Positions 18,164 to 30,250 of a DNA stretch of 64,000 nt are shown here, one piece after another. The stretch lies in the NCBI GenBank assembly GCA_030746635.1, contig JASLMH010000002.1:6348-70347 (forward strand), written 5' to 3'. Source of the stretch: Alphaproteobacteria bacterium (GTDB lineage Bacteria > Pseudomonadota > Alphaproteobacteria > GCA-2731375). Under the pieces are notes generated by a model that had not been told where the DNA came from, searched no databases, and saw only the letters and a list, made by a program, of their open reading frames with translations. The translations under genes were made by a program, and so were the position numbers. Positions within the stretch are counted from its first letter, which is position 1; the number at the start of each line of letters is the position of its first letter.

Positions 18164-19771
18164 ATGAGCAAGGATAGGCTTTACCTTTTCGATACCACCC
18201 TGCGGGACGGCGCCCAGACCTCGGGCGTGGATTTCTCGGTCGAGGACAAGCGCGCCATCGCCGAGGCCCTGGACCGCCTGGGCGTCGACTATGTGGAAGG
18301 CGGCTGGCCCGGCGCCAACCCCACCGACAGCAGCTTCTTCGACGACCCGCCCCGCCTGCACCGCGCCACCTTCACCGCCTTCGGCATGACCAAGCGGCCG
18401 GGCCGCAGCGCCGACAACGATCCCGGATTGGTTGCCGTGCTGGGCGCCCCGGTCGGGGCGGTCTGTCTGGTCGGCAAGACCTGGGACTACCACGTCGACG
18501 TGGCGCTCGGCATCGAGCGGGCGGAGAACGTGGCGATGATTGCTGAGTCGATCGCCGCCGGGGTGGCCCGCGGCCACGAGGCGCTGTTCGACGCCGAGCA
18601 TTTCTTCGACGGCTACAAGGCCAACCCGCAATACGCCGTCGACTGCCTGCAGGCGGCCCTGGCGGCCGGTGCCCGCTGGGTGGTGCTGTGCGACACCAAC
18701 GGCGGCGCCCTGCCGCACGAGGTCGGCCGCATCGTCACGGAGGTGGCCGAACAGGTGCCCGGCGACCGTTTGGGCATCCATTGCCACAACGATACCGGCA
18801 ACGCCGTCGCCAACACCCTGGCCGCCGTGCTGGCCGGCGCCCGGCACATCCAGGGCTCGCTGAACGGCCTGGGCGAACGCTGCGGCAACGCCGACCTGGT
18901 GGCGCTGATCCCGACGCTGATGCTGAAACCGGGTTTCGCCGAGCGGTTCGAAACCGGCATCGACGCCGACGGCCTGCGCCACCTGACGCCGACCGCGCAT
19001 CTGCTGGACGAGTTGCTGAACCGGGCGCCGGACCGCCAGGCGCCCTATGTCGGCGCCGGCGCATTCGCCCACAAGGGCGGCCTGCACGTCTCGGCGGTCT
19101 TGAAGGAGCCGGAAACCTACGAGCACATCGATCCCGAACTGGTCGGCAACACCCGGCATGTGCTGGTCTCGGACCAGTCCGGTCGCTCCAACATCCTGGC
19201 CCGGCTGGCGGAGATCGGCATCGAACTCGACGCCAAGCACCCCAAGGTCGACCGCCTGCTGGAGGACGTCAAACAGCGGGAGTTCGAGGGCTATGCCTAT
19301 GACGGGGCCGAGGCCAGCTTCGAATTGATGGCCCGGCGGACCTTGGGCCAGGTGCCGGAATATTTCGACGTCACCGGCTTTAGGGTCATGGTGGAGCGCC
19401 GCCACAACGCCCTGGGCCAGCTGATCAGCGTCTCCGAGGCGACCGTGAAGCTGCAGGTGGACGGCCGCGAGATCATGTCGGTGGCCGAGGGCAACGGCCC
19501 CGTCAACGCCCTGGACAACGCCCTGCGCAAGGATATCGGCCGCTTCGCCCAGCATATCGAGGATCTGGAATTGGTCGATTTCAAGGTGCGGATCCTGGAC
19601 GGCGGCACCGGCGCCGTGACCCGGGTGCTGATCGAAAGCGCCGACGGCGCCGGCGAGCGCTGGTTCACCGTCGGCGTCTCGCCGAATATCGTCGATGCCT
19701 CGTTCCAGGCGCTGTTGGATTCGATCACCTACAAACTGTACCGCGACGGCGCCGATCCCGAGGTCTCGTAG
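18164..19771 (+). CDS. cimA: Citramalate synthase
   Basis: [51 protein letters not shown]; follows cysS. Confidence 0.93.
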   Translation: MSKDRLYLFDTTLRDGAQTSGVDFSVEDKRAIAEALDRLGVDYVEGGWPGANPTDSSFFDDPPRLHRATFTAFGMTKRPGRSADNDPGLVAVLGAPVGAVCLVGKTWDYHVDVALGIERAENVAMIAESIAAGVARGHEALFDAEHFFDGYKANPQYAVDCLQAALAAGARWVVLCDTNGGALPHEVGRIVTEVAEQVPGDRLGIHCHNDTGNAVANTLAAVLAGARHIQGSLNGLGERCGNADLVALIPTLMLKPGFAERFETGIDADGLRHLTPTAHLLDELLNRAPDRQAPYVGAGAFAHKGGLHVSAVLKEPETYEHIDPELVGNTRHVLVSDQSGRSNILARLAEIGIELDAKHPKVDRLLEDVKQREFEGYAYDGAEASFELMARRTLGQVPEYFDVTGFRVMVERRHNALGQLISVSEATVKLQVDGREIMSVAEGNGPVNALDNALRKDIGRFAQHIEDLELVDFKVRILDGGTGAVTRVLIESADGAGERWFTVGVSPNIVDASFQALLDSITYKLYRDGADPEVS

Positions 19772-19777
19772 GGCGCC

Positions 19778-20548
19778 GTGGCCGGCACCGATTCAACCAG
19801 GGCGGCGATCGCGGCCGGCGGGCCGGCGATCATCCTGGTGCGGCCGCAGATGGGCGAGAATATCGGCGCCGCCGCCCGGGCGATGAAAAATTTCGGCCTG
19901 GGCGACCTGCGCCTGGTGGCGCCCCGCGACGGCTGGCCGAACGAGAAGGCGCGGGCGATGTCCAGCCGGGCCGACGAGATCGTCGACGCCGCCCGGGTCT
20001 ATGACACCACCGCCGCGGCGGTGGCCGATCTGCAAACGGTCTATGCCACCACCGCGCGGCGGCGGGAGATGCAGAAACCGGTGCTATCGCCCCGTCAGGC
20101 GGCGGCGGAGGTCCGCCGGCGTATCGGCGACGGCGAGCGCACCGGCATTCTGTTCGGCGGCGAGAAGGCGGGGCTCGACAACGACGACACCACCATGGCC
20201 GCCCGCATCATCCAGGTACCGGCCAATCCGGCCTTTTCCTCCCTCAACCTGGGTCAGGCGGTGTTGCTGCTGGCTTATGAATGGTTCCAGTCCGGACCGC
20301 CGCGCAGCGAAGGGGAGGGCGAGGCGCCGTCATCGCCGCCGGCCACGGCGGCCGAACTGGCCTTCTTCCATGCGCGGCTGGAAGAGGAGCTTGACCGCCA
20401 CGGCTTCCTGAAACCGCCGGAAAAAAGTCCCGGCATGATGCGCAACATCCGCAACGTCTTCCAGCGGGCCGATCTGACCGGCCAGGAGGTGCGAACCCTG
20501 CACGGCATCATATCGTCCCTGATCCGCCGCGATGGCGAGGAGAGCTGA
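19778..20548 (+). CDS. TrmJ/TrmH-family RNA methyltransferase
   Basis: PQMGENIGAAARAMKNFG, FGGEKAGL, SSLNLGQAV, LHGI. Confidence 0.93.
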   Translation: MAGTDSTRAAIAAGGPAIILVRPQMGENIGAAARAMKNFGLGDLRLVAPRDGWPNEKARAMSSRADEIVDAARVYDTTAAAVADLQTVYATTARRREMQKPVLSPRQAAAEVRRRIGDGERTGILFGGEKAGLDNDDTTMAARIIQVPANPAFSSLNLGQAVLLLAYEWFQSGPPRSEGEGEAPSSPPATAAELAFFHARLEEELDRHGFLKPPEKSPGMMRNIRNVFQRADLTGQEVRTLHGIISSLIRRDGEES

Positions 20549-20584
20549 GGGTCGAGGAATTGCCGAAAAACCCGCACTCGCCGT

Positions 20585-20612
20585 TTGACTTGCGGCATTG
20601 GATCGGTATAAA
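20585..20612 (+). promoter_or_regulatory. Putative sigma70 promoter of rpsD
   Basis: TTGACT-N16-TATAAA. Confidence 0.5.
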
Positions 20613-20718
20613 TCGCCCAGCCTTGCGCGCCCGTGTATTGCTTGTCCGGGCGCGCGTTCGCGCTTGGCCCGGCGGATCGCCGGCAGGGCGCCAAAAGCCT
20701 TTACGAGAGACGGAATAG

Positions 20719-21336
20719 ATGACGAAGCGACTGACGTCGAAATACAAGCTGAACCGCCGCCTGGGCGAGAACCTGTGGGGCCGGCCGAAAAGCCCGGTCA
20801 ACAAGCGGGACTACCCGCCGGGGCAGCACGCCCAGCAGCGCCGGCGCAAGCCGTCGGATTTCGGCATTCAGCTCGCCGCCAAGCAGAAACTGCGCGGCTA
20901 TTACGGCAACATCACCGAGAAGCAGTTCCGCCGCACCTATGACGAGGCGGTGAAGGCCAAGGGCGACACCACCGAGATGCTGATCGGCCTGCTGGAGCGC
21001 CGCCTGGACGCCGTGGTCTACCGTATGAAGTTCGTGCCCACCGTGTTCGCCTCGCGGCAGTTCATCAACCATGGTCACGTCACGGTCAACGGCCGCCGGG
21101 TCAACATCCCCAGCTACCGGGTGCGCGAGGGCGACGTCATCGAGGTGAAGGAGAAATCCCGCGAGATGATCCTGGTACTGGAAGCGGTGGATTCGCCTGA
21201 ACGCGACGTGCCGGAATATTGCGAGGTCGACTTCAAGAAGATGCGCGGCACCTTCGTGCGCACACCGAAGTTCGCCGAGGTGCCCTATCCGGTGCAGATG
21301 GAGCCGAACCTGGTGATCGAGTACTACTCGCGCTGA
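20719..21336 (+). CDS. rpsD: 30S ribosomal protein S4
   Basis: [33 protein letters not shown]…PSY, VIEYYSR. Confidence 0.98.
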   Translation: MTKRLTSKYKLNRRLGENLWGRPKSPVNKRDYPPGQHAQQRRRKPSDFGIQLAAKQKLRGYYGNITEKQFRRTYDEAVKAKGDTTEMLIGLLERRLDAVVYRMKFVPTVFASRQFINHGHVTVNGRRVNIPSYRVREGDVIEVKEKSREMILVLEAVDSPERDVPEYCEVDFKKMRGTFVRTPKFAEVPYPVQMEPNLVIEYYSR

Positions 21337-21360
21337 CCATCGCAACCTAAATCGATTTTC

Positions 21361-21390
21361 AAAAGGCCGTCCCTTCGGGCGGCCTTTTTT
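21361..21390. terminator. Bidirectional intrinsic terminator
   Basis: AAAAGGCCGTCC-CTTC-GGGCGGCCTTTTTT between convergent genes. Confidence 0.85.
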
Positions 21391-21411
21391 GTCGCAGCCT
21401 GGCCAGCCCCC

Positions 21412-21750
21412 TCAGTCGTCCTCGAACAGGCTGATCTTCAGGGGCAGCAATTCGCCCATCCAGACCGGGTGGTCGCGGTGGTCTTCCAGGTCCTGGCCGG
21501 TGTTGGGATGCAGGAAGACGGTCAGGCCGCGCCGGTTCAGCATCAGCCAGGGCACCAGTTCGTCGAACAGCGCCGGCTGAAACTTGATCTGATAGCTCCA
21601 GCGCGGGTGCGGGCCAACCAGCTTTTCGTGCCAGCGGCCCATCTCCACCTCGAATCGCTCCTCGACCGCCTCGCGCAGGGCGCGGGCCGGCTCGCGGCTG
21701 TCGGCGTCGAAATAGACGTGGGCGTGATAGTCCCGGATCGCCGCCGCCAT
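21412..21750 (-). CDS. DOPA 4,5-dioxygenase-family protein
   Basis: YHAHVYFD, VGPHP, WLMLNRRGLTVFLHPNTG, DH…WMG. Confidence 0.9.
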   Translation of the reverse strand: MAAAIRDYHAHVYFDADSREPARALREAVEERFEVEMGRWHEKLVGPHPRWSYQIKFQPALFDELVPWLMLNRRGLTVFLHPNTGQDLEDHRDHPVWMGELLPLKISLFEDD

Positions 21751-21768
21751 AACTGGTCCTTTCGGCTT

Positions 21769-21849
21769 CCGGGCCACCCGCTCCCCCGTCCCACCCCCCC
21801 CGCGGGTACCTTTCCTTGGGTGTTTGGGAGGGGGGTGGGGGTGGCCCGG
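21769..21849. repeat. C-rich/G-rich imperfect palindrome
   Basis: CCGGGCCACCCGCTCCCCC…GGGGGTGGGGGTGGCCCGG; resembles the element at 35398-35471. Confidence 0.55.
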
Positions 21850-21873
21850 CGTCTCGGAGAAACCGAAAAAGCG

Positions 21874-22212
21874 TCAGGCCGCGACGGTTTCGATGCCCTT
21901 GTCCTTCAGGGTCTCCTGCAATTCGCCGGCCTCGAACATCTCGCGCACGATGTCGCAGCCGCCGACGAACTCGCCCTTGACGTAGAGCTGCGGAATGGTC
22001 GGCCAGTTGCTGAACTCCTTGATGCCCTGGCGCACCGCCTCGTCGGCCAGGACGTCGACGCCCTTGAACTTGACGCCCATGTGGGTCAGCACCTGGACCA
22101 CGGCGGCGGAGAAGCCGCATTGCGGGAACACCGGGGTGCCCTTCATGAACAGCACCACGTCGTTCTGGTCGATTTCACCTTGGATCGTGTCGAAAGCCGG
22201 ATTCTCGCTCAT
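21874..22212 (-). CDS. grxD: Monothiol glutaredoxin Grx4
   Basis: FMKGTP-x-[21 protein letters not shown]. Confidence 0.95.
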   Translation of the reverse strand: MSENPAFDTIQGEIDQNDVVLFMKGTPVFPQCGFSAAVVQVLTHMGVKFKGVDVLADEAVRQGIKEFSNWPTIPQLYVKGEFVGGCDIVREMFEAGELQETLKDKGIETVAA

Positions 22213-22259
22213 CGTCTTTTCCCTTTGGCTTGGCGGTTCCCCACGACCGCCGGAATGGA

Positions 22260-22499
22260 TCAATCCTTCTCGGGCACCGAGGTTTGCAGGGCCAGGGCGT
22301 GCAGTTCGCCGCCCATGCGCCCCTGCAGGGCCTGGTAGACCATCTGATGCTGCTGGACCCGGTTCTTGCCTTCGAACTGCGAGGACACCACCAGGGCGGC
22401 GTAGTGGTCGCCGTCGCCGCGCAGATCCTCGATCGTCACCCGGGCATCGGGTATGCCGTCCTTGATCAGTTTCTCGATCTCACCTGGGTCCATGGGCAT
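22260..22499 (-). CDS. BolA/IbaG-family protein
   Basis: [24 protein letters not shown]. Confidence 0.93.
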   Translation of the reverse strand: MPMDPGEIEKLIKDGIPDARVTIEDLRGDGDHYAALVVSSQFEGKNRVQQHQMVYQALQGRMGGELHALALQTSVPEKD

Positions 22500-22528
22500 C
22501 GTATTCGTCCTCCCTCCCGCGCCGCCCT

Positions 22529-24750
<2,222 letters not shown>

Positions 24751-24754
<4 letters not shown>

Positions 24755-25434
24755 CTCAGGGCCGTGACCAGGCCGTCGAACAGGGCCCGGCCGTCGTTGC
24801 CGCCATGTTGGGGGTCGGCCGCCCGTTCGGGATGCGGCATCAGGCCCAGCACGGTCTTGCGGTCGTTGTAGACGCCGGCGATGTCGTCGGTGGAGCCGTT
24901 CGGATTGGCCGGCCCGGGGGTCTCTCCGGCGGTGTAGCGAAAGGCGATCTGGCCGCCGTCCTGCAATCGTTCCAGGGTGTCACCGTCGGCGAAGTACTGG
25001 CCGTCGTGGTGGGCCACCGGAATGCGCAGCACCTGGCCGCTTTCGTAACCGTTGGTGAACAGGCTCTGGCTGGTTTCGACCCGCAGGTGGACATCCCGGC
25101 AGACGAACTTCAGGCCGGCGTTCGGCAGCAGCGCCCCCGGCACCAGGCCGGTTTCCACCAGCATTTGAAAGCCGTTGCAGATGCCCAACACCGGCACCCC
25201 ATCCTCGGCCCGCGCCACCACCTCCCGCATCACCGGCGAATGCGCCGCCATGGCGCCGCAACGCAGATAGTCGCCGTAGGAGAAGCCGCCGGGCAGCACG
25301 ATCAGGTCGGCGGCGGGTAATTCGCTGTCGCCGTGCCAGACCATGTCGACCGGGCCGCCGGTGCTTTGCTCCAGGGCCACCTTGACGTCGCGGTCGCAGT
25401 TGGACCCGGGGAAGACGATGACCGAGGTTTTCAT
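24751..25434 (-). CDS. purQ: FGAM synthase glutaminase subunit PurQ
   Basis: [31 protein letters not shown]. Confidence 0.97.
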
Positions 25435-25444
25435 TTCCCGCCGT

Positions 25445-25687
25445 TCAATCCACCAGTTCGATGCTGTAGTTCTCGATCACCGTGTTGGCCAGCAGCCGCT
25501 GGCACATGGCCTCCACCGCCTGGCGGGCGGCCCCGGCATCGGTTTCGGCCAGTTCGATCTCGATCAGCTTGCCCTGGCGCACCTCGCCCACGCCCGCGAA
25601 GCCGAGGTTGCCCAAGGTCTGGCCGATCGCCCGGCCTTGCGGGTCGAGTACGCCGTTCTTGTAGGAAATGTGTACGCGCGCCTTCAC
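25445..25687 (-). CDS. purS: FGAM synthase subunit PurS
   Basis: [19 protein letters not shown]. Confidence 0.96.
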   Translation of the reverse strand: MKARVHISYKNGVLDPQGRAIGQTLGNLGFAGVGEVRQGKLIEIELAETDAGAARQAVEAMCQRLLANTVIENYSIELVD

Positions 25688-25727
25688 TTGCCGCTTCCGT
25701 CCAAATTACACGCCGCCCCTGGCGGCG

Positions 25728-26492
25728 TCATTGCATGACCGCCGGGCCCTTCATGTCGCGCGGTCCGCCCTCGGGCAGGATGCCCAGGCGCCGCGCCACC
25801 TCCTGATAAGCCTCCGCGACGCCGCTCATATCCTGGCGGAAGCGGTCCTTGTCGAGTTTCTCGTTGCTGCCGCTATCCCACAACCGGCAACTGTCGGGGC
25901 TGATCTCGTCGGCCAGCACGGTCCGCACTTCCTCTTCGTTGTAAAGACGGCCGAATTCGATCTTGAAGTCGACCAGGCGGATGCCGACGCCGGCGAACAG
26001 GCCGAACAGGACGTCGTTGATCCGCAGGCCCAGGGCCATCATGTCGTCGATTTCCGGCGGCGTGGCCCAGCCGAAGGCGGTGATGTGTTCCTCGGTGACC
26101 AGGGGGTCGCCCAACTCGTCGGACTTGTAGCAGAACTCGACGATCGAACGCGGCAGCGCCGTGCCCTCGGGGATGCCCAGGCGCTTGGTCATGGAGCCGG
26201 CGGCGATGTTGCGGACGATCAATTCGACCGGGATGATCTCGACTTCCCGGATCAATTGCTCGCGCATGTTCAACCGACGCACGAAATGCGTCGGAATGCC
26301 CACTTCGTTCAACCGCAGCATGATGTATTCGGAAATGCGGTTGTTGAGCACGCCCTTGCCGGTGATGACGCCCTTTTTTTCGTTGTTGAAGGCGGTGGCG
26401 TCGTCCTTGAAATACTGCACCAGCGTACCGGGCTCGGGCCCTTCGAAGAGAATCTTCGCCTTGCCCTCGTAGACTTTTCTACGCCTGGCCAT
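25728..26492 (-). CDS. purC: SAICAR synthetase
   Basis: [49 protein letters not shown]. Confidence 0.97.
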   Translation of the reverse strand: MARRRKVYEGKAKILFEGPEPGTLVQYFKDDATAFNNEKKGVITGKGVLNNRISEYIMLRLNEVGIPTHFVRRLNMREQLIREVEIIPVELIVRNIAAGSMTKRLGIPEGTALPRSIVEFCYKSDELGDPLVTEEHITAFGWATPPEIDDMMALGLRINDVLFGLFAGVGIRLVDFKIEFGRLYNEEEVRTVLADEISPDSCRLWDSGSNEKLDKDRFRQDMSGVAEAYQEVARRLGILPEGGPRDMKGPAVMQ

Positions 26493-26716
26493 AAAAACCT
26501 CGGGAATTGGGGCGGCGGCGGCTCCCCGAAGGCAAACCGCCCCCGCCGGATAAATCGACATATAGCCGATAACGTTGGTCAAAACAACGCCGCCGCCGGG
26601 TCGAAAAAACTGGCAACGGGACGGAAAAAATCCCAGATATGAAGTTGATTCGATGCCGCCGGGCGGGTATGCGTTGGGTAGCGAGAAACCTTAGGGAAAT
26701 CGGGAGCCGCGGGCAG

Positions 26717-27037
26717 ATGACCACCTTCGATAAGCGGGAGAAATCCTACGAGGCGAAATTCGCCCACGACCAGGAAAACGATTTCAAGATCCACGCTCGG
26801 CGCAACAAGCTGCTGGGCCTGTGGGCGGCGGAGCAGCTTGGCCTGGACGGCGACGAGGCCGAGGCCTACGCCAAGCAGGTGATCACCGCCGATTTCGACA
26901 AGCCGGGCGACGAAGACGTGTTCGAGAAGGTCTGGGAAGATTTCCAGACCGGGAAGGTCGAGGTTTCCGCCCATCGGCTGCGCAATCGGATGGACGAGTT
27001 GCTGGAAGAGGCGCGCCGCCAGGTCACCTCCGAATAA
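26717..27037 (+). CDS. DUF1476-family protein (ATPase inhibitor zeta-like)
   Basis: MTTFDKRE…EAKFAHD…ARRNKLLGLWAAE; usual position between purC and purB. Confidence 0.88.
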   Translation: MTTFDKREKSYEAKFAHDQENDFKIHARRNKLLGLWAAEQLGLDGDEAEAYAKQVITADFDKPGDEDVFEKVWEDFQTGKVEVSAHRLRNRMDELLEEARRQVTSE

Positions 27038-27049
27038 TTCTGAGTGGAA

Positions 27050-28375
27050 TCATCCTGCCGCGTGCTGCTGCCGCGCCGCCGCCGCGCCGAACACCCGATC
27101 GAAAATCGTGTCCACCTGCCTGGTGTGGTAGCCGAGGTCGAACAGGCTTGCCAGTTCGTCGCCGGGCAGCGCCGCCGTGACCTCGGCGTCCGCCTGCAAG
27201 AGCGCCAGGAAGTCGCCGCCCTCGCCCCAGACCCGCATGGCGCTGCGCTGGACCATGGCGTAGGCATCCTCGCGGCTGACGCCGGCCTGGGTCAGGGCCA
27301 GCAACACCCGCTGGGAGAAGATCAGGCCGCCCAAGCGGTCCAGGTTGGCCCGCATGGTCTCGGGGTAGACCGTCAGCTTGTCGATCACGCCGGCCAGGCG
27401 GTGCAGGGCGAAATCCAGGGTCACCGTGGCGTCCGGGCCGATGCCGCGTTCGACGCTGGAATGCGAGATGTCCCGTTCGTGCCATAGGGCCACGTTCTCC
27501 AGCGCCGGCATCGCCGTCATCCGCACCAGCCGCGCCAGCCCGGTCAGGTTTTCCGTCAGCACCGGATTGCGCTTGTGCGGCATCGCCGAGGAGCCCTTCT
27601 GACCGGCCGAGAAGTATTCTTCCGCCTCCAGCACTTCGGTGCGCTGCAGGTGGCGGATCTCGGTCGCCAGCCGTTCGATGCAGGAAGCGACCACCGCCAG
27701 CACCGAGAAATACATCGCATGGCGGTCGCGCGGGATCACCTGGGTGGAAATCGGCTCCGCCGTCAGGCCCATGGCCTCGGCGACGTGCGCCTCCACCGCC
27801 GGGTCGATGTTGGCGAAGGTGCCGACCGCCCCCGAGATGGCGCAGGTCGCGACCTCGTCCCGGGCGAACAGCAGGCGTTGGCGGCAGCGGTCGAATTCGG
27901 CGTAGGCCTGGGCCAGTTTCAGGCCGAAGGTGGTGGGTTCGGCGTGGATGGCGTGACTGCGGCCGATGCAGACGTCGTCCTTGTGCTCGAGGGCACGGCG
28001 CTTCAGGACCGCCAGCAGATGATCCAGATCGGCCAGCAGGATGTCGCTGGCCTTGACCAGTTGCACGTTGAAGCAGGTATCCAGCACGTCCGACGAGGTC
28101 ATGCCCTGATGCACGAAGCGGGCGGCCGGGCCGACATGTTCGGCCAGGTTGGTCAGGAAGGCGATCACGTCGTGTTTGGTCTCGCGCTCGATCTCGTCGA
28201 TGCGGGCGACCTCGAAGGCGCCTTTTTCCCAGACCGCTTTCGCCGCCTCGGCCGGGATCACGCCCAAGTTCGCCTGGGCATCGCAGGCATGCGCCTCGAT
28301 CTCGAACCAGATTTGGAACCGGCTTTCGGGCGACCAGATGGCGGCCATTTCAGGGCGCGTATAACGCGGGATCAT
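27050..28375 (-). CDS. purB: Adenylosuccinate lyase
   Basis: MIPRY, HDVIAF, TSSDVLDT, GSSAMPHKRNP, WHERDISHSS. Confidence 0.97.
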   Translation of the reverse strand: MIPRYTRPEMAAIWSPESRFQIWFEIEAHACDAQANLGVIPAEAAKAVWEKGAFEVARIDEIERETKHDVIAFLTNLAEHVGPAARFVHQGMTSSDVLDTCFNVQLVKASDILLADLDHLLAVLKRRALEHKDDVCIGRSHAIHAEPTTFGLKLAQAYAEFDRCRQRLLFARDEVATCAISGAVGTFANIDPAVEAHVAEAMGLTAEPISTQVIPRDRHAMYFSVLAVVASCIERLATEIRHLQRTEVLEAEEYFSAGQKGSSAMPHKRNPVLTENLTGLARLVRMTAMPALENVALWHERDISHSSVERGIGPDATVTLDFALHRLAGVIDKLTVYPETMRANLDRLGGLIFSQRVLLALTQAGVSREDAYAMVQRSAMRVWGEGGDFLALLQADAEVTAALPGDELASLFDLGYHTRQVDTIFDRVFGAAAARQQHAAG

Positions 28376-28478
28376 GCGGTCGATCCTTTTGCGGTCGTTG
28401 GGCCGACTTCATACTCCAATACGCGGCCCGGTGGAAGCCGCCCGGCCGGCCGCCGGAAGGCTTCCGCCGAAGGGGCGG

Positions 28479-28507
28479 TTGACCAATCGCCGCCCGCCGC
28501 CGATATT
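28479..28507 (+). promoter_or_regulatory. Putative sigma70 promoter, carboxyltransferase copy 1
   Basis: TTGACC-N17-GATATT; conserved before copy 2. Confidence 0.6.
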
Positions 28508-28543
28508 CCGCCGGCCCATTCCTGTGTAACAGCGGTCCTAGCC

Positions 28544-30166
28544 ATGCCCAAGATCCAGTCTCAACTCGACACCAACAGCGATGCCTACCTGGAAAACCGC
28601 GCCGGGATGCTGGCCAGGATCGCGGAAATGCGTGAATTCGAAGGGAGGATCCACGCGCGCTCGGAAAAAAGCCGCGAGCGGTTCGAGAAACGCGGCCAGT
28701 TGCTGCCCCGCGACCGGCTGGATCTGCTGCTGGATCGGGGCGCGCCCTGGCTCGAATTCTCCACCCTGGCGGGCTACCAGACCTTCGATGACGATGGCGA
28801 GCAGAACATCACCGGCGCCCGCCTGATCACCGGCATCGGTACGGTTTCGGGGGTTCGCTGCGTCATCATCGTCGACGATTCGGGCATCACCGCCGGCGCC
28901 CTGCATACCTACGGCGTCTACAAGATGATCCGCGCCTTCGACATGGCGCTGGAAAACAAGATGCCGGCGATCCACCTGGTGCAATCGGCCGGCGCCGATC
29001 TGTTGGCCTATGTGCCCGAGACCTGGCAGAAGGCCGGCCACATGTTCCAGCGCCAGGCGCAGCTTTCGGCCGCCGGCTGCCCGGTGATCACCGTGGTGCA
29101 CGGCTCCTCCACCGCCGGCGGCGCCTACATGCCGGGCATGTCGGACTACGTGGTGATGGTGCGCAAGCAGGCCAAGGCCTTCCTGGCCGGGCCGCCGCTG
29201 CTGCGCGCCGCCACCGGCGAGATCGCCGATGACGAGACCCTGGGCGGCACCGACATGCATGCCTCGACCTCCGGTCTGGCCGAGCACGTGGCGGATGACG
29301 ATGCCGAGGCGGTCCAGGTCTGCCGCGACATCGTGCGGCGGCTGAACTGGGCGAACCAACTGCGGCCCGGCCTGGCGCGCCGCCATGAGGAGCCGGCCTA
29401 CGATATCGACGAGATCTGCGGCCTGGTGTCGATGGACTACCAGAAGCCCTATGACGTGCGCGAGCTGATCGCCCGGCTGGTCGACGGCTCGGACTTCCTC
29501 GAATTCAAGGCGATGTACGACAGCCAGACGATCTGCGGGCACGCCGAAATCCAGGGCTTCCCCTGCGGCCTGATCGGCAGCAACGGCCCGATCACCCCCG
29601 AGGGCGCCACCAAGGCCAGCCAGTTCATGCAATTGTGCAGCCAGTCCGACACGCCCTTGATCTATCTGCACAACACCACCGGCTTCATCGTCGGCGCCGA
29701 GCCGGAAGCCCAGGGCATGATCAAGCACGGCGCCAAGATGATCCAGGCGGTGACCAACGCCACGGTGCCGCGCATCACCCTGATGATCGGCGCCTCGTTC
29801 GGGGCCGGCAACTACGCCATGTCCGGTCGCTCCTACCAGCCGCGCTTCCTGCTCGGCTGGCCGAACTACAAGGCCGGGGTGATGGGCTCGAAACAGGCCG
29901 CCCTGGTGATGCGGATCGTCAACGAGGCCGCCGCCGCCCGCAAGGGCGAGCCGATGGACGAGGCCGCCCTGGATGCCTTGCACCAGCAGGTGATCGACCT
30001 CTACGAGCCGATCTCCACCTCCTACTACCACACCGCCCGGCTGGACGACGACGGCATGATCGACCCGCGTGACAGCCGCAAGGTGCTGGGCCTGTTGCTG
30101 TCGGTCTGCGACGAGGAGGCCCGGCGCACCGTCCGTCCCAACACCTTCGGCGTCGCCCGGTTCTAG
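28544..30166 (+). CDS. Acyl-CoA carboxylase carboxyltransferase subunit (AtuC/MCC-beta-like), copy 1
   Basis: RGQLLPRDR, VHGSSTAGGAY, GMIKHGAK, GASFGAGNYAM, FGVARF. True start at the ATG at 28544. Confidence 0.93.
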   Translation: MPKIQSQLDTNSDAYLENRAGMLARIAEMREFEGRIHARSEKSRERFEKRGQLLPRDRLDLLLDRGAPWLEFSTLAGYQTFDDDGEQNITGARLITGIGTVSGVRCVIIVDDSGITAGALHTYGVYKMIRAFDMALENKMPAIHLVQSAGADLLAYVPETWQKAGHMFQRQAQLSAAGCPVITVVHGSSTAGGAYMPGMSDYVVMVRKQAKAFLAGPPLLRAATGEIADDETLGGTDMHASTSGLAEHVADDDAEAVQVCRDIVRRLNWANQLRPGLARRHEEPAYDIDEICGLVSMDYQKPYDVRELIARLVDGSDFLEFKAMYDSQTICGHAEIQGFPCGLIGSNGPITPEGATKASQFMQLCSQSDTPLIYLHNTTGFIVGAEPEAQGMIKHGAKMIQAVTNATVPRITLMIGASFGAGNYAMSGRSYQPRFLLGWPNYKAGVMGSKQAALVMRIVNEAAAARKGEPMDEAALDALHQQVIDLYEPISTSYYHTARLDDDGMIDPRDSRKVLGLLLSVCDEEARRTVRPNTFGVARF

Positions 30167-30185
30167 ACGATATGCGGCATCTTCG

Positions 30186-30214
30186 TTGACGGACGCCCGT
30201 CCGCCAACGATAGT
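30186..30214 (+). promoter_or_regulatory. Putative sigma70 promoter, carboxyltransferase copy 2
   Basis: TTGACG-N17-GATAGT; flanks similar to 28479-28519. Confidence 0.6.
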
Positions 30215-30250
30215 TCGCCGGCCTTTTTTGTAGTTGTCACGGTCGATTTC

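Noticed and set aside
27575..28543. N-terminal extension making an 863-aa carboxyltransferase fusion
   Set aside because: The extension is antisense to purB; the paralogue shows the true start at 28544.
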